Assembly: GCF_006345805.1 (NCBI RefSeq)
Contig: NC_043005.1
Span: 85,808,001 to 85,872,000 of the forward strand
DNA length: 64,000 nucleotides
From: Octopus sinensis
Lineage: Eukaryota
Direction: 5' to 3'
Positions 12,974-24,902 of the stretch are shown piece after piece (within the stretch, counting starts at the first letter, position 1; every line of letters begins with the position of its first letter). The notes beneath the pieces are model-generated. The model saw only the letters and a program-made list of their open reading frames with translations, had not been told where the DNA came from and searched no databases. Made by a program: the position numbers and the translations under genes.

Positions 12974-13290
12974 GGTGTGTGTAGAGGTTTGTGTGACTGT
13001 CCCCGCAACATCACTTGACAATCGATGTTGGTGTGTTTACGTCCCCGTAACTTAGCGATTCGGCAAAAGAGACCGATAGAAAAAGTACTAGGCTTCCAAA
13101 GAATAAGTCCTGGGGTCGATACTCGACTAAAGGCGGTGCTCCAACATGACCACAGTCAAATGATGGAAACAAGTAAAATAATAAAGGAGAGAGTAAGTAA
13201 ATGAGTGGAAATTTTACCGGTGAGTGTGTTAAATTATAAGGCACTAAAAGAGAATAACTCTCCCCAGACACAACAAAATTGTATATATTT
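12432..13290. mobile_element. MITE-like DNA-element fragments; ~47-bp inverted pair (12610-12656 / 13232-13280) bracketing a SINE
   Basis: TTGTGTCTGGGGAGAGTCACTCTCTTTTAGTGCCTTATA versus its reverse complement TATAAGGCACTAAAAGAGAATAACTCTCCCCAGACACAA. A related fragment lies at ~42040-42110. Confidence 0.6.
12701..13185 (+). mobile_element. SINE family A, full length, with internal (TA)n
   Basis: tRNA-like head, CORE-like block, internal (TA)n and the 3' module ...GGCGGTGCTCCAACATGACCACAGTCAAATGATGGAAACAAGT. Confidence 0.92.
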
Positions 13291-14319
13291 ATTTTATGAT
13301 AAATGCAAAACAACCCCATGGAAGAATCGACGTAAGTTTAAATAATATACCGCGATATGTGAACCGAAATATGGCGATGGTTTACTGTACCTGAAACTAA
13401 ATTACACAATAAAAATAGCACCCTATTCTGCATTTGGTAGCGGTCTATACCAATCTCTAATGCACAGGTACTGGACCATTTAGCTGATATACTAGGGACA
13501 CAAGATGCCTCATATATTTGGATATATGATAAATAAACGCTTCAGTGCTATAAATATCTGTATAATAATCTGTTTGTTCGTTCGCTGTTAAACTTTAGTT
13601 AGAGAGGTGGAGGTGGAGTGAGTTAGAGGTGGCGTAAAAGTGAAAGAGAAAGGGAGTGGGAGAATCGTGAGTAGAGAAGAAAGCAGAGGGGAGTTTAAAG
13701 ATACACTGAGGCCAGATGCATCACCTGCTTTGTTGAAGGGTGTGGCGAAGGGCGAGAGAAAAAGACGGTGAGAAAAAGTGGGAGAGAGAAGTGTTAATGA
13801 CTTGTTACAGGGTGGCGAGAGACAGATAAACAGGAGAGAAATGTTCACGATAAGAAGAGGGGGATTACATTGTTAGAAAGTGTTTGCTGAAGAGGTAGAA
13901 AGAAAAAGAGAAATGTAATCTGTTTAGCGGAGGGAAATTTTAGAATCGTATAATATATTATTGTGACTGGAAGTGAAATAAAAATCGTCCTTTCTTTTTT
14001 AAATAGCTTCCCTTAATGTTTTTCGTTCTGTGGAATTTTCGCAGGTCTCAAGAGTTAAATATTAACTGAAATACGGAAGTGAAAAATAGTATTTGATATA
14101 TAGATACAAAACGTGTAAATTAGAATTTGTTTGTTTGAAATTGATGTACCTGAAAAATTTAATATACCTGTATGGAACACCTGTGCCACGTATAATACGG
14201 TGAAAATTTAACGAAGGAAGATAAAGATAATGAATTTATTTAGAATAAACAGAATGACATCAAAACTCAATATCTTCTTCATCCCTTCAGAGCTCAAATG
14301 CGTGTTATATTAGTTACAA

Positions 14320-14529
14320 ATTAGGGGACAAGGCCAACAAGTTTGATGGGAGGAGGTAAGTCTATTAAATCGATCCCCAGTGCTCATCTGGTACTAGTTT
14401 TATCGACCCCGAAAGGATGAAAGGCAAAGTCGACCTCGGCGGAATTTGAACTCAGAACATAACAACGGACGAAATGCTGCCAAACATTTTGTCCGGCGTG
14501 GTAAACTTACTTGCCGGCTCACCGCCTTA
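14320..14529 (-). mobile_element. SINE family B
   Basis: Reverse complement of the family B body and head (ATCGACCCCGAAAGGATGAAAGGCAAAGTCGACCTCGGCGGAATTTGAACTCAG). Confidence 0.9.
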
Positions 14530-14559
14530 AAAAGTGGGTTGCTTACATCACATAAGTTT

Positions 14560-14750
14560 CCCAAGAATAAGCAGTAGGCTTACAAAAGAATAAATCCTGG
14601 GGTGGATTTGCTCAACTAAATATGGTGTTCCAGCATGGCCGCAGTCAAATGACTGAGAGGAATGAAAGAACACGTGCACAATACTCTCAGTGGAATCGAA
14701 CGCGGGACAACATGTATGCGAAAACGAATGTCTTAACCACGTAGCCATAA
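14560..14750. mobile_element. Composite: SINE A 3' end joined to an inverted tRNA-like SINE head; the same junction recurs at ~17870-18030
   Basis: Both loci share GAATAAATCCTGG...GGTGTTCCAGCATGGCCGCAGTCAAATGAC...ACGTGCA...CTCAGTGGAATCGAACGCGGGACAACATG. Confidence 0.7.
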
Positions 14751-15214
14751 ACGAAGCAGTTTATAGAAATAACATAGGAGAATAAATAATGTAACAAGAC
14801 GTGTTTAATGCATTGAAACACACTGTTGATATTCAGCCGCACTTCTGAGCAACGCACTAAATTATACATACATCATTTCCTTATATTTAAAAAAACTAAA
14901 GCAGTGACTACTACTAGATCTTGGTACCATAACTGACATAAATATATTAAACGCTATGTAGCATAGAAACACAAAAGAACAAAAGAGTCATTACTAATGA
15001 TTGCCACGTTTCCGTGCAGAAGTATAAACCATCACCATCGGACCCCTATTTAACTTGTGTCATACATCATCCTGTCAGGATGACAACAGTCACATACAAA
15101 ACAGCCATTTATTTTACAAAAAAAGAATAATGCTCTTTTCTATGAGGATAAAGTTGATATTGCAATGAGGTTTCCCACACAACGCAATGTTTATATGCTT
15201 GTCGCTTATATATA

Positions 15215-15250
<36 letters not shown>

Positions 15251-15256
15251 TGTTTG

Positions 15257-15305
<49 letters not shown>

Positions 15306-15415
15306 CAAGCCCCGAATTTAATCAATAAACATTTCTCTACGCGTCTCTTTCACAACCTAATTGACATTTAATTGGACCCTACAAATCGCTGAAAAATTTA
15401 TCGCAACAGTCTCTA

Positions 15416-15484
15416 CCGAGATTAACTTAATGCAGACCAGTTCGGTGATGGCATGGCTGGTCGAAACTTCGAAGTCACTATCTT
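15416..15484 (+). ncRNA. Degenerate hammerhead-like motif (core damaged)
   Basis: GACCAG...CTGGTC stem, GAAA, palindromic stem III CTTCGAAG, GTC triplet; no intact CTGANGA. Confidence 0.35.
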
Positions 15485-15866
15485 CCCAAAGAATAATAAG
15501 TTTGTTCTCTACGAAAGTATGGAGTAATTCTCCAGATTATTTTAGCATCCTTTTTATTTTAACTGAACATAGATACACACAAACACATATAAATATATGT
15601 TTATGCGTGTTAAGAATTTAGAAAGTTTCGAGAGGAATTGGAATAATTCTTGTTTGTATTTGGTTCTCGAAGTACATATAAAATGATAAACAATATCATT
15701 TAACCATAAGGTTCACAAACACTTTGCGATTAAAAAAAAAATCTAAGGCTGCTGAAACGAAATTTCGAAAACCAATATTTAAATGCTATTATTTACAATT
15801 CTATAAAGTACTTCGAGAAGCCATTCCAAAACAGAATTATTCCACGTTCTTTCGAATATTTATAAA

Positions 15867-16216
15867 CTAGCAGTATCACCCGGCGTTGCTCGGGTTTGTT
15901 TCGACCCTTTAGAATTGAAATTTTTGAAAAGTAATTTGCATTATGTAGCTTGTTATTCTCTTTAAGTGAACATTTTTCTGGTTGAAATTCACCGAAAAAT
16001 GGCGACACAACAGTAAAAAAATCGTAAAAACTACGGATTTTTACGAAAAGAAGCACTATTTTGACGTAAATAATTTTTGGTCTTAACATGGTTCGATTTC
16101 TTCTATCATACTGTCAATTTTGGTCAACTTGCGTCTCAGGGTCTAGGAAGAGACAGTGTTAGTTGAAGGCTACCAAACCTGACATACACAGACAACTTCA
16201 GCTTTATATAGAGAGA
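15867..16216 (-). mobile_element. Non-autonomous Helitron (~350 bp)
   Basis: On the minus strand it begins TC, ends CTAG, has the hairpin CCCGAGCAACGCCGGG just upstream of the 3' end, and is inserted between A and T. Confidence 0.85.
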
Positions 16217-16865
16217 TTTACATTTTTTATATGTACTTCAAGAACCACTTAGAAAAGTGTAATGTAGAAGTGCTAAAGTTTTGTTTATTTGAAATGTTTT
16301 CGTAATTCTTTCCACCATCATAATCTTCATCATCATCATCACCATAACGTCATAATCAACAACAACAACAACAACAACTCCTCGACATTACTATCTCGAA
16401 TCCTAGAATCCATAGAGACATTTACCTGGTGCATAAGTGCGATCACAACGTTGGCCTTCAATGAGACGCCAGTCTGTTGCAGAGTTCCTCATTCACGGCT
16501 AAGTAGACTGGACCAATGCGAAGTAAAGTTGTTTTATTCAGAATAACTTACTTTCCGGTGCAAGAATCTAAACCACATCTTACGATCGCGAGTGTAACGT
16601 TTTAAGCACAGGCCACACGCTTAACTTTTTCATAGGACTTTAGCAATTAAAACATGCACAAATCTGCATGCTATTCACACGTATACACACATACAGACAT
16701 ACACAAGCACACACAAACATAAATAAATAAATATATATATATATGTGCGTGTTTATGTATGTGTGTGTGTGTTTGTACCTGTGTGAATGTGTGTGTTTGT
16801 ATACATGTTATATATACAAATATATATGCATACTATGGACACCCATATCTATGTGTACGTGTTCT

Positions 16866-16933
<68 letters not shown>

Positions 16934-16937
16934 CATG

Positions 16938-16964
<27 letters not shown>

Positions 16965-16971
<7 letters not shown>

Positions 16972-17345
16972 AAGAAGACAAAAAATGGAACAAGGACGTA
17001 ACAGGTGACAACAAAACATCCGGAGAGTTACACGATACAAAAGAGGACAGGAAAAAACAAGGACAGGTCATCTCGAGGTTCCTATCCTCAGTCGAGTTCC
17101 AGATCGTCTTTGCAGTTTCGGCCGGTTACATTCGAGACTGCTCCAAGAAAATCTAAGCTAAGAGTATTAGACTCCTTGGAAGAAAGCAAACGAATGTATA
17201 CGAAAAATAAAGGGGCAAAAAACGGGAAAAAAGGTACACAATTACAAATAGAACCAAAAGAACATCAACAGCAGGTGTCTTTCAATTAAGGACGAATTAA
17301 ATTAAGCTGGCGTGTGTGGAAGTGGAGCCTTGCGGCAGGAACATA
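16965..17345. repeat. Probable dispersed repeat of unknown class
   Basis: Purine-rich, non-microsatellite block inserted in (TA)n; no recognisable protein motif. Confidence 0.35.
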
Positions 17346-17384
17346 TGTGTATATATATTTATATATATAACTGTGACTCCTTCC

Positions 17385-17575
17385 TTAACGGCAACGAGGG
17401 TTCCAGTTAATCCAAGCAACGGGACAGCCTGCTCGTGAAATTAACGTGCATGTGGCTGAGCACGCCACTGACGCACGTACCCTTAACGTACCCTCAGGAA
17501 GGTTCAGTTTGACACAGAATGTGAAAACGCTGGCCCTTTGAAACAGAGGTACTACTCATATTTGCCAGCTGAGTG
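17385..17575 (-). mobile_element. SINE family C, 3' part
   Basis: GAGGGTTCCAGTT.ATCC...CAGCCTGCTCGTGAAATTAACGTGC...TACCCTTAACGTA matches the copies at 33712 and 37545. Confidence 0.85.
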
Positions 17576-18129
17576 TATGTATATACGTATTTTTATGTAT
17601 ATGTATGTATATATACTCACACACCAATGTCAATATATATGTGTATATACGCACACACTAACATCTATATAAGTGTGTTTGTGCACACGCATATATAGAT
17701 ATATGTATACGCAAATGGAAGCATGTATGTCGACTTATACATCTACACTGCAAGCATCACTGGCGAAAGTGTGTGACTTGTTAAGATATGACGTGACTAC
17801 AGTAAATGTTTAGTCTTTATATCGTTACTAACAAATACGCACGATCTCAACTCTTCTAACCGTGACCCTTCAAAAAAGAATAAATCCTGGTGTCGATTTG
17901 CTCGACTAAATACGGTGTTCCAGCATGGCCGCAGTCAAATGACAGAAACGACTAAAAGAATACGTGCAAATTACACTCAGTGGAATCGAACGCGGGACAA
18001 CATGAGTTGTGAAAAGAAGCATGCACCAATACTTAGCTGGTAGATATTTCGGTTTATTAGACTAAGCTCTTTAACTTCATCCCCTCCTATATATATATAA
18101 CACGCTTTCTTGATATTCCTTCTAGCAAA

Positions 18130-18248
18130 TCTACTGACGAGGCATCAGTCGGTCCGAGGTTATGATACAAAACACTTGCCAAAGTACCACGTGCGCAGTG
18201 GTTGGGAACGCAATGGTTGGGAAGCAAAGTCCTTACCACACAGCCACG
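18130..18248 (-). mobile_element. SINE family A head, diverged
   Basis: ACACTTGCC...TTACCACACAGCCAC is the reverse complement of the family A head. Confidence 0.75.
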
Positions 18249-18339
18249 TATGTATGCATGTATACATAAATTTATGTATGTATGTTTGTATGTATATATA
18301 TATACATATATTTATGTGTTTTATGCGAGTGTGTATATA

Positions 18340-18397
<58 letters not shown>

Positions 18398-19559
18398 TGT
18401 GCATATATATACATACATATATATATATATACATACACATAAATATAAGTACATACATATATATATATATGTTTGTGTATACACACATATATACACATAT
18501 TTAATAACCCATCTTAATATACTTTGCTGATGTTTCTCGAAGCAATGTTGAGTGATGAGTTTTTGTCTTCAGGTCATCATCGTTTTAGAAACACTCACAC
18601 ACATACACAAACACACACACATACACACAATTGTGTGTGTATGTAATAAAGCTTCATGTTTCTTTTACTTTCCTTTTTACTTCACAATTATTATTATTTT
18701 CTTTTTTGTTTATTCCAAGATAAATTGTTCCCCCCCGCTTCATCACAAACATCACAAACCGTTGTCTAACGATAAAATATCTTGATGCATTGTTTCTGCC
18801 CTTTCGTCAGGTTATTTTCAAATTGAAATAAAGTGTTACTCACTTCAATGCTAAGCTGGATTATATTCCAAAGCCTGAGGCAAAGCTGAACTGCAAGCTA
18901 AAATCTCAAGTATTTCATTGCAGTTGCCATAGCAATTTATATTTTTCTATTTCTTTGAATACTTTCTTTTCTTAGAATAACAAAAATAAAATAAATATGG
19001 CCATGCAATCTGTACGCTTCATTAAATTTTGTTGTTGCGGTCATTGTTTTACTCGTGCTCGTAATGGTTCTGTGTCAAATCTGTTCGTCATAAACTTCCA
19101 ATGCATTTCCCTTTAAATTTGTTTTTCCAAATGCAAGACGGGCACAACAGAGACATCAGGAAACACCTATTTTTTCTATCCGAACGCATTGATTTTATTT
19201 GACCTCAATTATATGATTCTATTCTCCGTTCACATCACCGACTGACCGCTGTACATGTCATACAAGTACCACATAAATTCTGCCTAATACGGGGCTTAAT
19301 ACTCAAGCAATATCATCATCATTGTATTCTTCTGCTCAAGGTTATTAAAAAACAATTGTAGATTCTATTTTTTCTTGTTTCTGTGAGAAGGGTATATCTA
19401 TAATTTTACATCAACATTGTAATTTGGATTTTATGCATGATAAGTGCAAGAACATAACACATAATATTCTATAGAGTCAGAATCACTTAAATGTTACGTG
19501 AAAGCGGAAGATCAAAGATGAATGTTAATACTCCCGGACAGAAGAAAAAACACAAAGAA

Positions 19560-20480
19560 AAAATGGCGCAGTCAGATATGTGGCGGATATGCTTCTTATG
19601 TATATGCATATTTTACAGCTACACTTAACACTGGAACGTGACTAAAAGATATACGTATATATCGAGAGATAACGCTGATATTTTTGCTACTTCAGATAGG
19701 AAAATTCTTTCTAATTTAGGGATATGTAAGGTTAATTTCCAAACAATATCTGACTTAAAAATAGGGCGCATAAATAAAAGTCAATTGTATATAATGAAAA
19801 TATATATCGAAAGCCAAATGAAAACTCGCGTTATATAAACCACGAAAAAATCCATTAGTGTTATAAATATAGCGAGCATATATTTTTAGATTGTTATCTA
19901 AGTCCTGAAGCAAAGATTGACACATCACATGTTGAACGAACAAAATAAATAATAAAACATGGCAAAATCTGAAATCCTATGTGCATAATATAAACCAAGA
20001 GCCAAAAGAGAAACACGATATAATGTGGGAAATGTTTATAAGGAAAAACATCTAACGTTGGGAAAAGAGAAAAACTAAACATCAATAAATAAATAAATTG
20101 ATATCTCTCTCTTTGATAAACCATAATGATAAAATAGCAATAACAATGATAAAGGCAATCTCAGTTATCAGAGACATACCGAGACGGATGTGAAAGTAAT
20201 AACCAGGGAAAAGCACGGTTGGTACATAAAGTGAAGAACTGGAGAGCATCTGGAAATAATAAATTCCCAAACTTCTAATAAAATTTTTTAATCCTGCTTA
20301 GTAAATGCGTAGCCCTGATGGCCATATTATCACAGATAATATATGATCAACGGTAGATAAAAATATAAAACTGAAAAGGGTGCTTTACAGATTAAAGTGG
20401 TTTGGAACAAGGTAGACACATCCTTGCAAACCCGCTTTCAAGGATATAGAGATGAAGTGACTGGCCCAGTTGAGGCCTTA
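19560..20480 (+). pseudogene. Heavily decayed Penelope-like element RT/GIY-YIG coding remnant
   Basis: Across frameshifts: YR(D)DN-like catalytic motif near 19660, RKILSNLG..KVNF, IYRKPNENSRYIN followed by (H)PLVL..RAYIFRLLS, KRNTI...TSNVGK and PDGHIITDNI. These are in the order expected for PLE RT, linker and endonuclease. Confidence 0.55.
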
Positions 20481-21370
20481 TAAAGTGCGCTATGAATTTC
20501 AAAAACAATATCCATTTGTTTATATTTTAAAAACAATATCCATTTCATACTGATGAATGATTACAAACAAAACATTGGATTATTGTGACAACTTCTTCAC
20601 AAAGAAAATTAATGCTACTTGTTGGTGAATTGGTAGAGCTGTTAGTGTCGGACAGAATGCCTCATGTTATTCGTTTCGACTCTCAACGCTCCGAGTTCAA
20701 ATCTTGCTTAGGACAAATGTACCTTTTATCTTTTCAAGGTAAATGAGAAAGTAACACTCCAAGACTATGGGCAGGCATTCCTACCCACACGGAATGCCTA
20801 CCCACAGCTTGGCCTACTTCAGTGATGGGGTTAATTTTTTGCACTGTTTTACATTCTCCTCCTGGAATTTTTAGTGAGTCATTTCTGTTGCAAGTCTTCC
20901 GCTTTAAAGTTACCTTCGTTTCTTCCTGCCATCAGTTTTAGAGGCCAAGTGAAAAATCGAGCCATGCCTTCGCTCCTGAGTAGAATACGAAAAACAAAAA
21001 AATTTGTGTACTTTTCTCAATATTGAAACATACACCCTTCTCTAAAATTCTGTTCTCTCTGACGTTACTATATTTAAAAGCGTCGATCCGAGTATCATAC
21101 AATAGAAATTAATAATTCCGTAAATCGATACATTCAACCTCTTAACGACCAAGAACATGAATCATACGGTACACAAATTCAATCAAGAAATGTGATTTGG
21201 AAAATTTTACTAAGATATCAGTGATGGTAGGAAAACTAATTGGACTGATAGAAAAAAAAGAGAGAAATGTACAAGAACTTTAGACTATGTAAAACCTAGT
21301 GAGTAATTAAGGAACAGACAGAGTAAAAGACACAAACAAAAGAGAGGAAAACAAGGAATAAAATCGATAC

Positions 21371-21778
21371 TCTAGATTAATTGGCGAAACTCAAATAGAT
21401 GACGAAAATATGGAAATAAGTATCAATTCTTTAGTTGCTATGGAAATAAATTACAGCGAAATTAATTTTCAACTTAGTAAGATATTTAACCTAAGAAAAG
21501 AAAACATAGACAATATTGCGAAGTGTCTCAGTATTAAAAGAAATAAATAACATAAAATTGAAATTTATAACATTTGTTTAACGCTGGAAGAAAGACAAGT
21601 AGAAATATGAAAAAATGCTACACGTGTCCGAGTTGAAACCATTGCCGAAGAAAAGCTGAGAATGCTCGTAGAAAGAATCGGCGGAGAAGAAAAAGTGACA
21701 AAGACAATTTGGGGTTTGGAAATTTTAGATGGCGTTTTGTTCGTATGGTGGGGTATCGAAAGTGGCCGGTGGGTGTAA
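21371..21778 (+). pseudogene. Decayed reading frame, possibly a LINE ORF1/gag-like remnant
   Basis: About 135 codons in one frame with only two stops in AT-rich DNA (...NATRVRVETIAEEKLRMLVERIGGEEKVTKTIWGLEILDGVLFVW...). Family not recognised. Confidence 0.3.
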
Positions 21779-21949
21779 GTAGGCGAAAGGAGTTTTGTTA
21801 AGACTTTCTCACATTCCCGCAAGTCAGACTAATACACTTGCTTGTTCTTTTATACACCTGTCTTTGTGTTTTGCTTTTCTGTAAATTTCACACACTCAAG
21901 CAAATCACACGCGCACACACACATACACAAACACGCACACACGCATATA

Positions 21950-22058
21950 CGACGGCCCGGGCTACAGCAGAAGACACTTGCCCAAGGTGCAACGCAGTGG
22001 GACTGAAGCCGGATCCATGTGGTTGGTAAGGAAGTTACTTACCACACAGCCACTCCTA
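21950..22058 (-). mobile_element. SINE family A head
   Basis: GAAGACACTTGCCCAAGGTGCAACGCAGTGGGACTGAA...TTACCACACAGCCACTCCT. Confidence 0.88.
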
Positions 22059-22949
22059 GCAAAATTTTCGTCTGTAATTAAATTCTACACAGTTGAGAAA
22101 AACGCCCAACATTAATTCTTTGAAACTCTGAAAGAGAACAACGGTGAGATAATAGAAAATAAAAAAGACAAGACAAAATGTCGAAAAGATAATTCACGAA
22201 CTTTCGGGATATTATTATCCTTACTCCAATACAAGGGTCAAATATAAAGAAGGTTTCGTCCACCAAACATCATGTGCATGTTAAGTTTCCTTAACTTTCC
22301 CTTAAAAGAGTTAAAAAGGAAATATGACAACGAATTTATTATATTCGAATATTGCTCTTTCTTTTTCAGGATAGATCGTACATCCTATGGGATACATACA
22401 TTATTCTCAGTCAAAGGAAGATAAAATAAACTGTAGAACAATATTTGCCCTCTAGTTGATAACGCTGTGGCGATGGTATTAGCACTAAATTACTTTAACA
22501 AGGAGCAAACCAAGTTTGTTTAAGAACTGCATCATTAAATGAAAATGAAATATTAATAAGAAAAACATGAAGAGAGAGAGAGATAAATATTTGTTCTTCA
22601 TTTATCATTTTTATTTGTTGGTTCTTTCCATATTTATTTTAACATCTCGCTCTGCAAATGTGCCTCAGAGAATATTGAAGCAAATTTCCTATGCGTGCAA
22701 TATGTGCGTGTGTGAGTGTATAAATGTTTGTTTATATAACACACACACACACACACAAAATACATATATATATATGTATATATGCACACGCATATATACT
22801 TTTGTTTTACATTAACGTTCATCCTCAGATTTGCATTTGACCTTTACATATAATTTCAGATAAATTTTAGTTTTTTCAATTTTTTCTCTTCTTTCTCACT
22901 TCATGCTATACCTTCGTTCATGTTTCATTTCCACTGAAATTTTACATTA

Positions 22950-23695
22950 TTATTATTATTATTATTATTATTACTACTATTGTTGTTGTTGTTGTTGTTG
23001 TTGTTGTCGTTGTTCTTGCCTTTGCCACTGTTTTTTTCCCTGCGAGAAAAGGGAATAAGGACATCTCGGAAAACGTTTGTTACTTGTTTATATACTACTA
23101 CTATTACTACTACTAATTCTTCTTCTTCTTCTTCTTCTTTTTCTTATTTTTCTTCTTCTTCTTCTTCTTCTTCTTCTTCTTCTTCTTCTTCTTCTTCTTC
23201 TTCTTCTTCTTCTTCTTCCTCTTTCATCCCTCATCATCATCATTCATCATTTTATTTTCCTTCTTCTCCTCCCTCCTATCCCTCTTCTCCCTTCTCCTTC
23301 TTCTTTCCCCTCTTCCCTCTTCTTCTTCTCCCTTCTTCTTCTTCTTCTCTCTACTTCCTCTTCCCTTCTTCTTCTCTCTTCTTCTCTTCCTTCCTCTTCC
23401 CTTCTTCTTCTTCTTCTTCTCTTCCTCTTCACCTTCTTCTTTTTCTTCTTCTTCCCCTTCCCCTTCTTTTTCTTCTTCTTCTTCCCCTTCCCCTTCTTCT
23501 TCTTCTCCTTCTTTCTCTCCTTCTTCTTCTTTTTCTTCTTCTCCCCCTCTCCCCCTTCTTCACCACCGTCAGCTTCTGTTTCCTCCATCCCCACCGCTCC
23601 ATCATCTTTCTCCTTACTGTTATCATTGTTGTTGTCTCTGCAATTGCTGTTATTTTCGACGTTGTCGTTGTTGTTGTTGTTGTTGTTGTTGCTAA
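22950..23695. repeat. Compound (ATT)/(GTT)/(CTT)n and polypyrimidine tract
   Basis: Visible runs. Confidence 0.95.
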
Positions 23696-24081
23696 GAGAA
23701 TTTATGCTTAAATGCTAAGGACAAACACCTAACAGCCATATTACACCATATTTCAAGAATACATCTGCAAGTGGAAACAGCAACAAAAACACAAAAAAAA
23801 CAACCTTAAAATAATAAAATTAAAATAAAAATAAAACAAGATAAAAAATAAACAACTGTAACAAACCATCTGTACATGACAATCTGCAGAGCTCCGACAA
23901 ATTTTTCTTTTACAATAGAGAATCAGAAATAAAAATATACCACAAAATTTTAGTATGTTTTCCGATTGCCAATGAAGTTTCCATTTTTACGTAACGTGCT
24001 GCCGTGTATGTTAGTTTGACAGGCAGAATATGTTAGTATTCTAACGGTATTCTATTTGCTTTCTAATATTTTAGTTAGGTA

Positions 24082-24600
24082 AAAGGCACCGAGCTGCTGA
24101 CAGAATCGTTAGCACACCGGACAAAGTGTGCTTAGCAGCATTTGATCTGTTTTAATGTTCTGGGGTTCCAATCAGGGCTGTGGAGTCGGAATTCGAGTCG
24201 TGGCGTCGTAGTCAGAAATAATTAAGGAGTTGTTGGAATAGGAGTCGGAGTCGGTAAAATTTATATAGACTCCGACTCCGACATATAATGTCTTTATTCT
24301 TTTATATAAACCGGTTATGACATAGAGGCCTACTCAGAGTACAAACGTCTGCATATGCATTTATGAGATATGTAGACCACAGTCTCTTAATTACATAAAG
24401 AGGAGTCGGAGTCGGGGGTGCCGATAGTAGAGGAGTCAGAGTGAAAGGTTTTGTATCGACTCCAAAATCCTGGTTCGAATATCGCCTTACATTCTTTAAG
24501 GGTCGATAAAATAAGTACCGGTTGAGCACTGGGGATCGATGTAATCAACTTAATCCTCTTACCCGAAATTGCTGGCCTTGTGTCAAAAATTAGAAAGCAG
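24082..24600 (+). mobile_element. SINE family B interrupted at its B-box by a hAT MITE
   Basis: Head at ~24082-24172; body resumes at 24473 (GGGTCGATAAAATAAGTACC...GGCCTTGTG). Confidence 0.8.
24173..24472. mobile_element. hAT-type MITE, 300 bp
   Basis: TIRs CAGGGCTGTGGAGTCG / CGACTCCAAAATCCTG, subterminal GGAGTC repeats, and an 8-bp TSD GTTCCAAT / GTTCGAAT. Confidence 0.85.
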
Positions 24601-24744
24601 CATTTCAGTAGGATACAAAAGGATTGTGTTGAGGTGCTTCGTTTAGATGTAAGCCGCCAGTCCATTCTTTAATAATTGCAAACCTCCAACATAGTACTCT
24701 CGTATATGTATATGTATATTTATATATATCTGTAAATGTAATAC

Positions 24745-24902
24745 GTAGCCATGATAAAACTCCGAGTTTCGGATGCCGAGGTGGAAATCCACGCCGCTAT
24801 CTCTTCAATTACCCGGCCATCGGAAAAATGCCGGATAACTGAAGAGATGGCGGCGGGGATTTCCACCTCGGCATCAGAAACTCGGAGTCTTATCATGGCT
24901 AC
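24745..24902. repeat. Palindrome with 73-bp arms (6 mismatches) and a 12-nt spacer, carrying a hammerhead-like motif in each arm
   Basis: Arms 24745-24817 and 24830-24902; weaker extension TATCTGTAAATGTAATACGT / ACGTATTACATTTACAGATA. Confidence 0.9.
24834..24894 (+). ncRNA. Type I hammerhead ribozyme-like motif
   Basis: GATAA-CTGAAGA-GATG...CATC-A-GAAA-CT(CGG)AG-TC/TTATC: 5-bp stem I, intact core, GTC triplet, one extra nucleotide before GAAA. Confidence 0.6.

Noticed and set aside
17040-17150. Possible hammerhead on the minus strand (GGCCGAAAC ... CTGAGGA)
   Set aside because: Core elements are present but stems I and II cannot be formed consistently in any topology.
18923-18936. RFX X-box-like GTTGCCATAGCAAT
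   Set aside because: One mismatch to the palindrome and no identifiable gene start nearby; a single hit in 64 kb is not informative.
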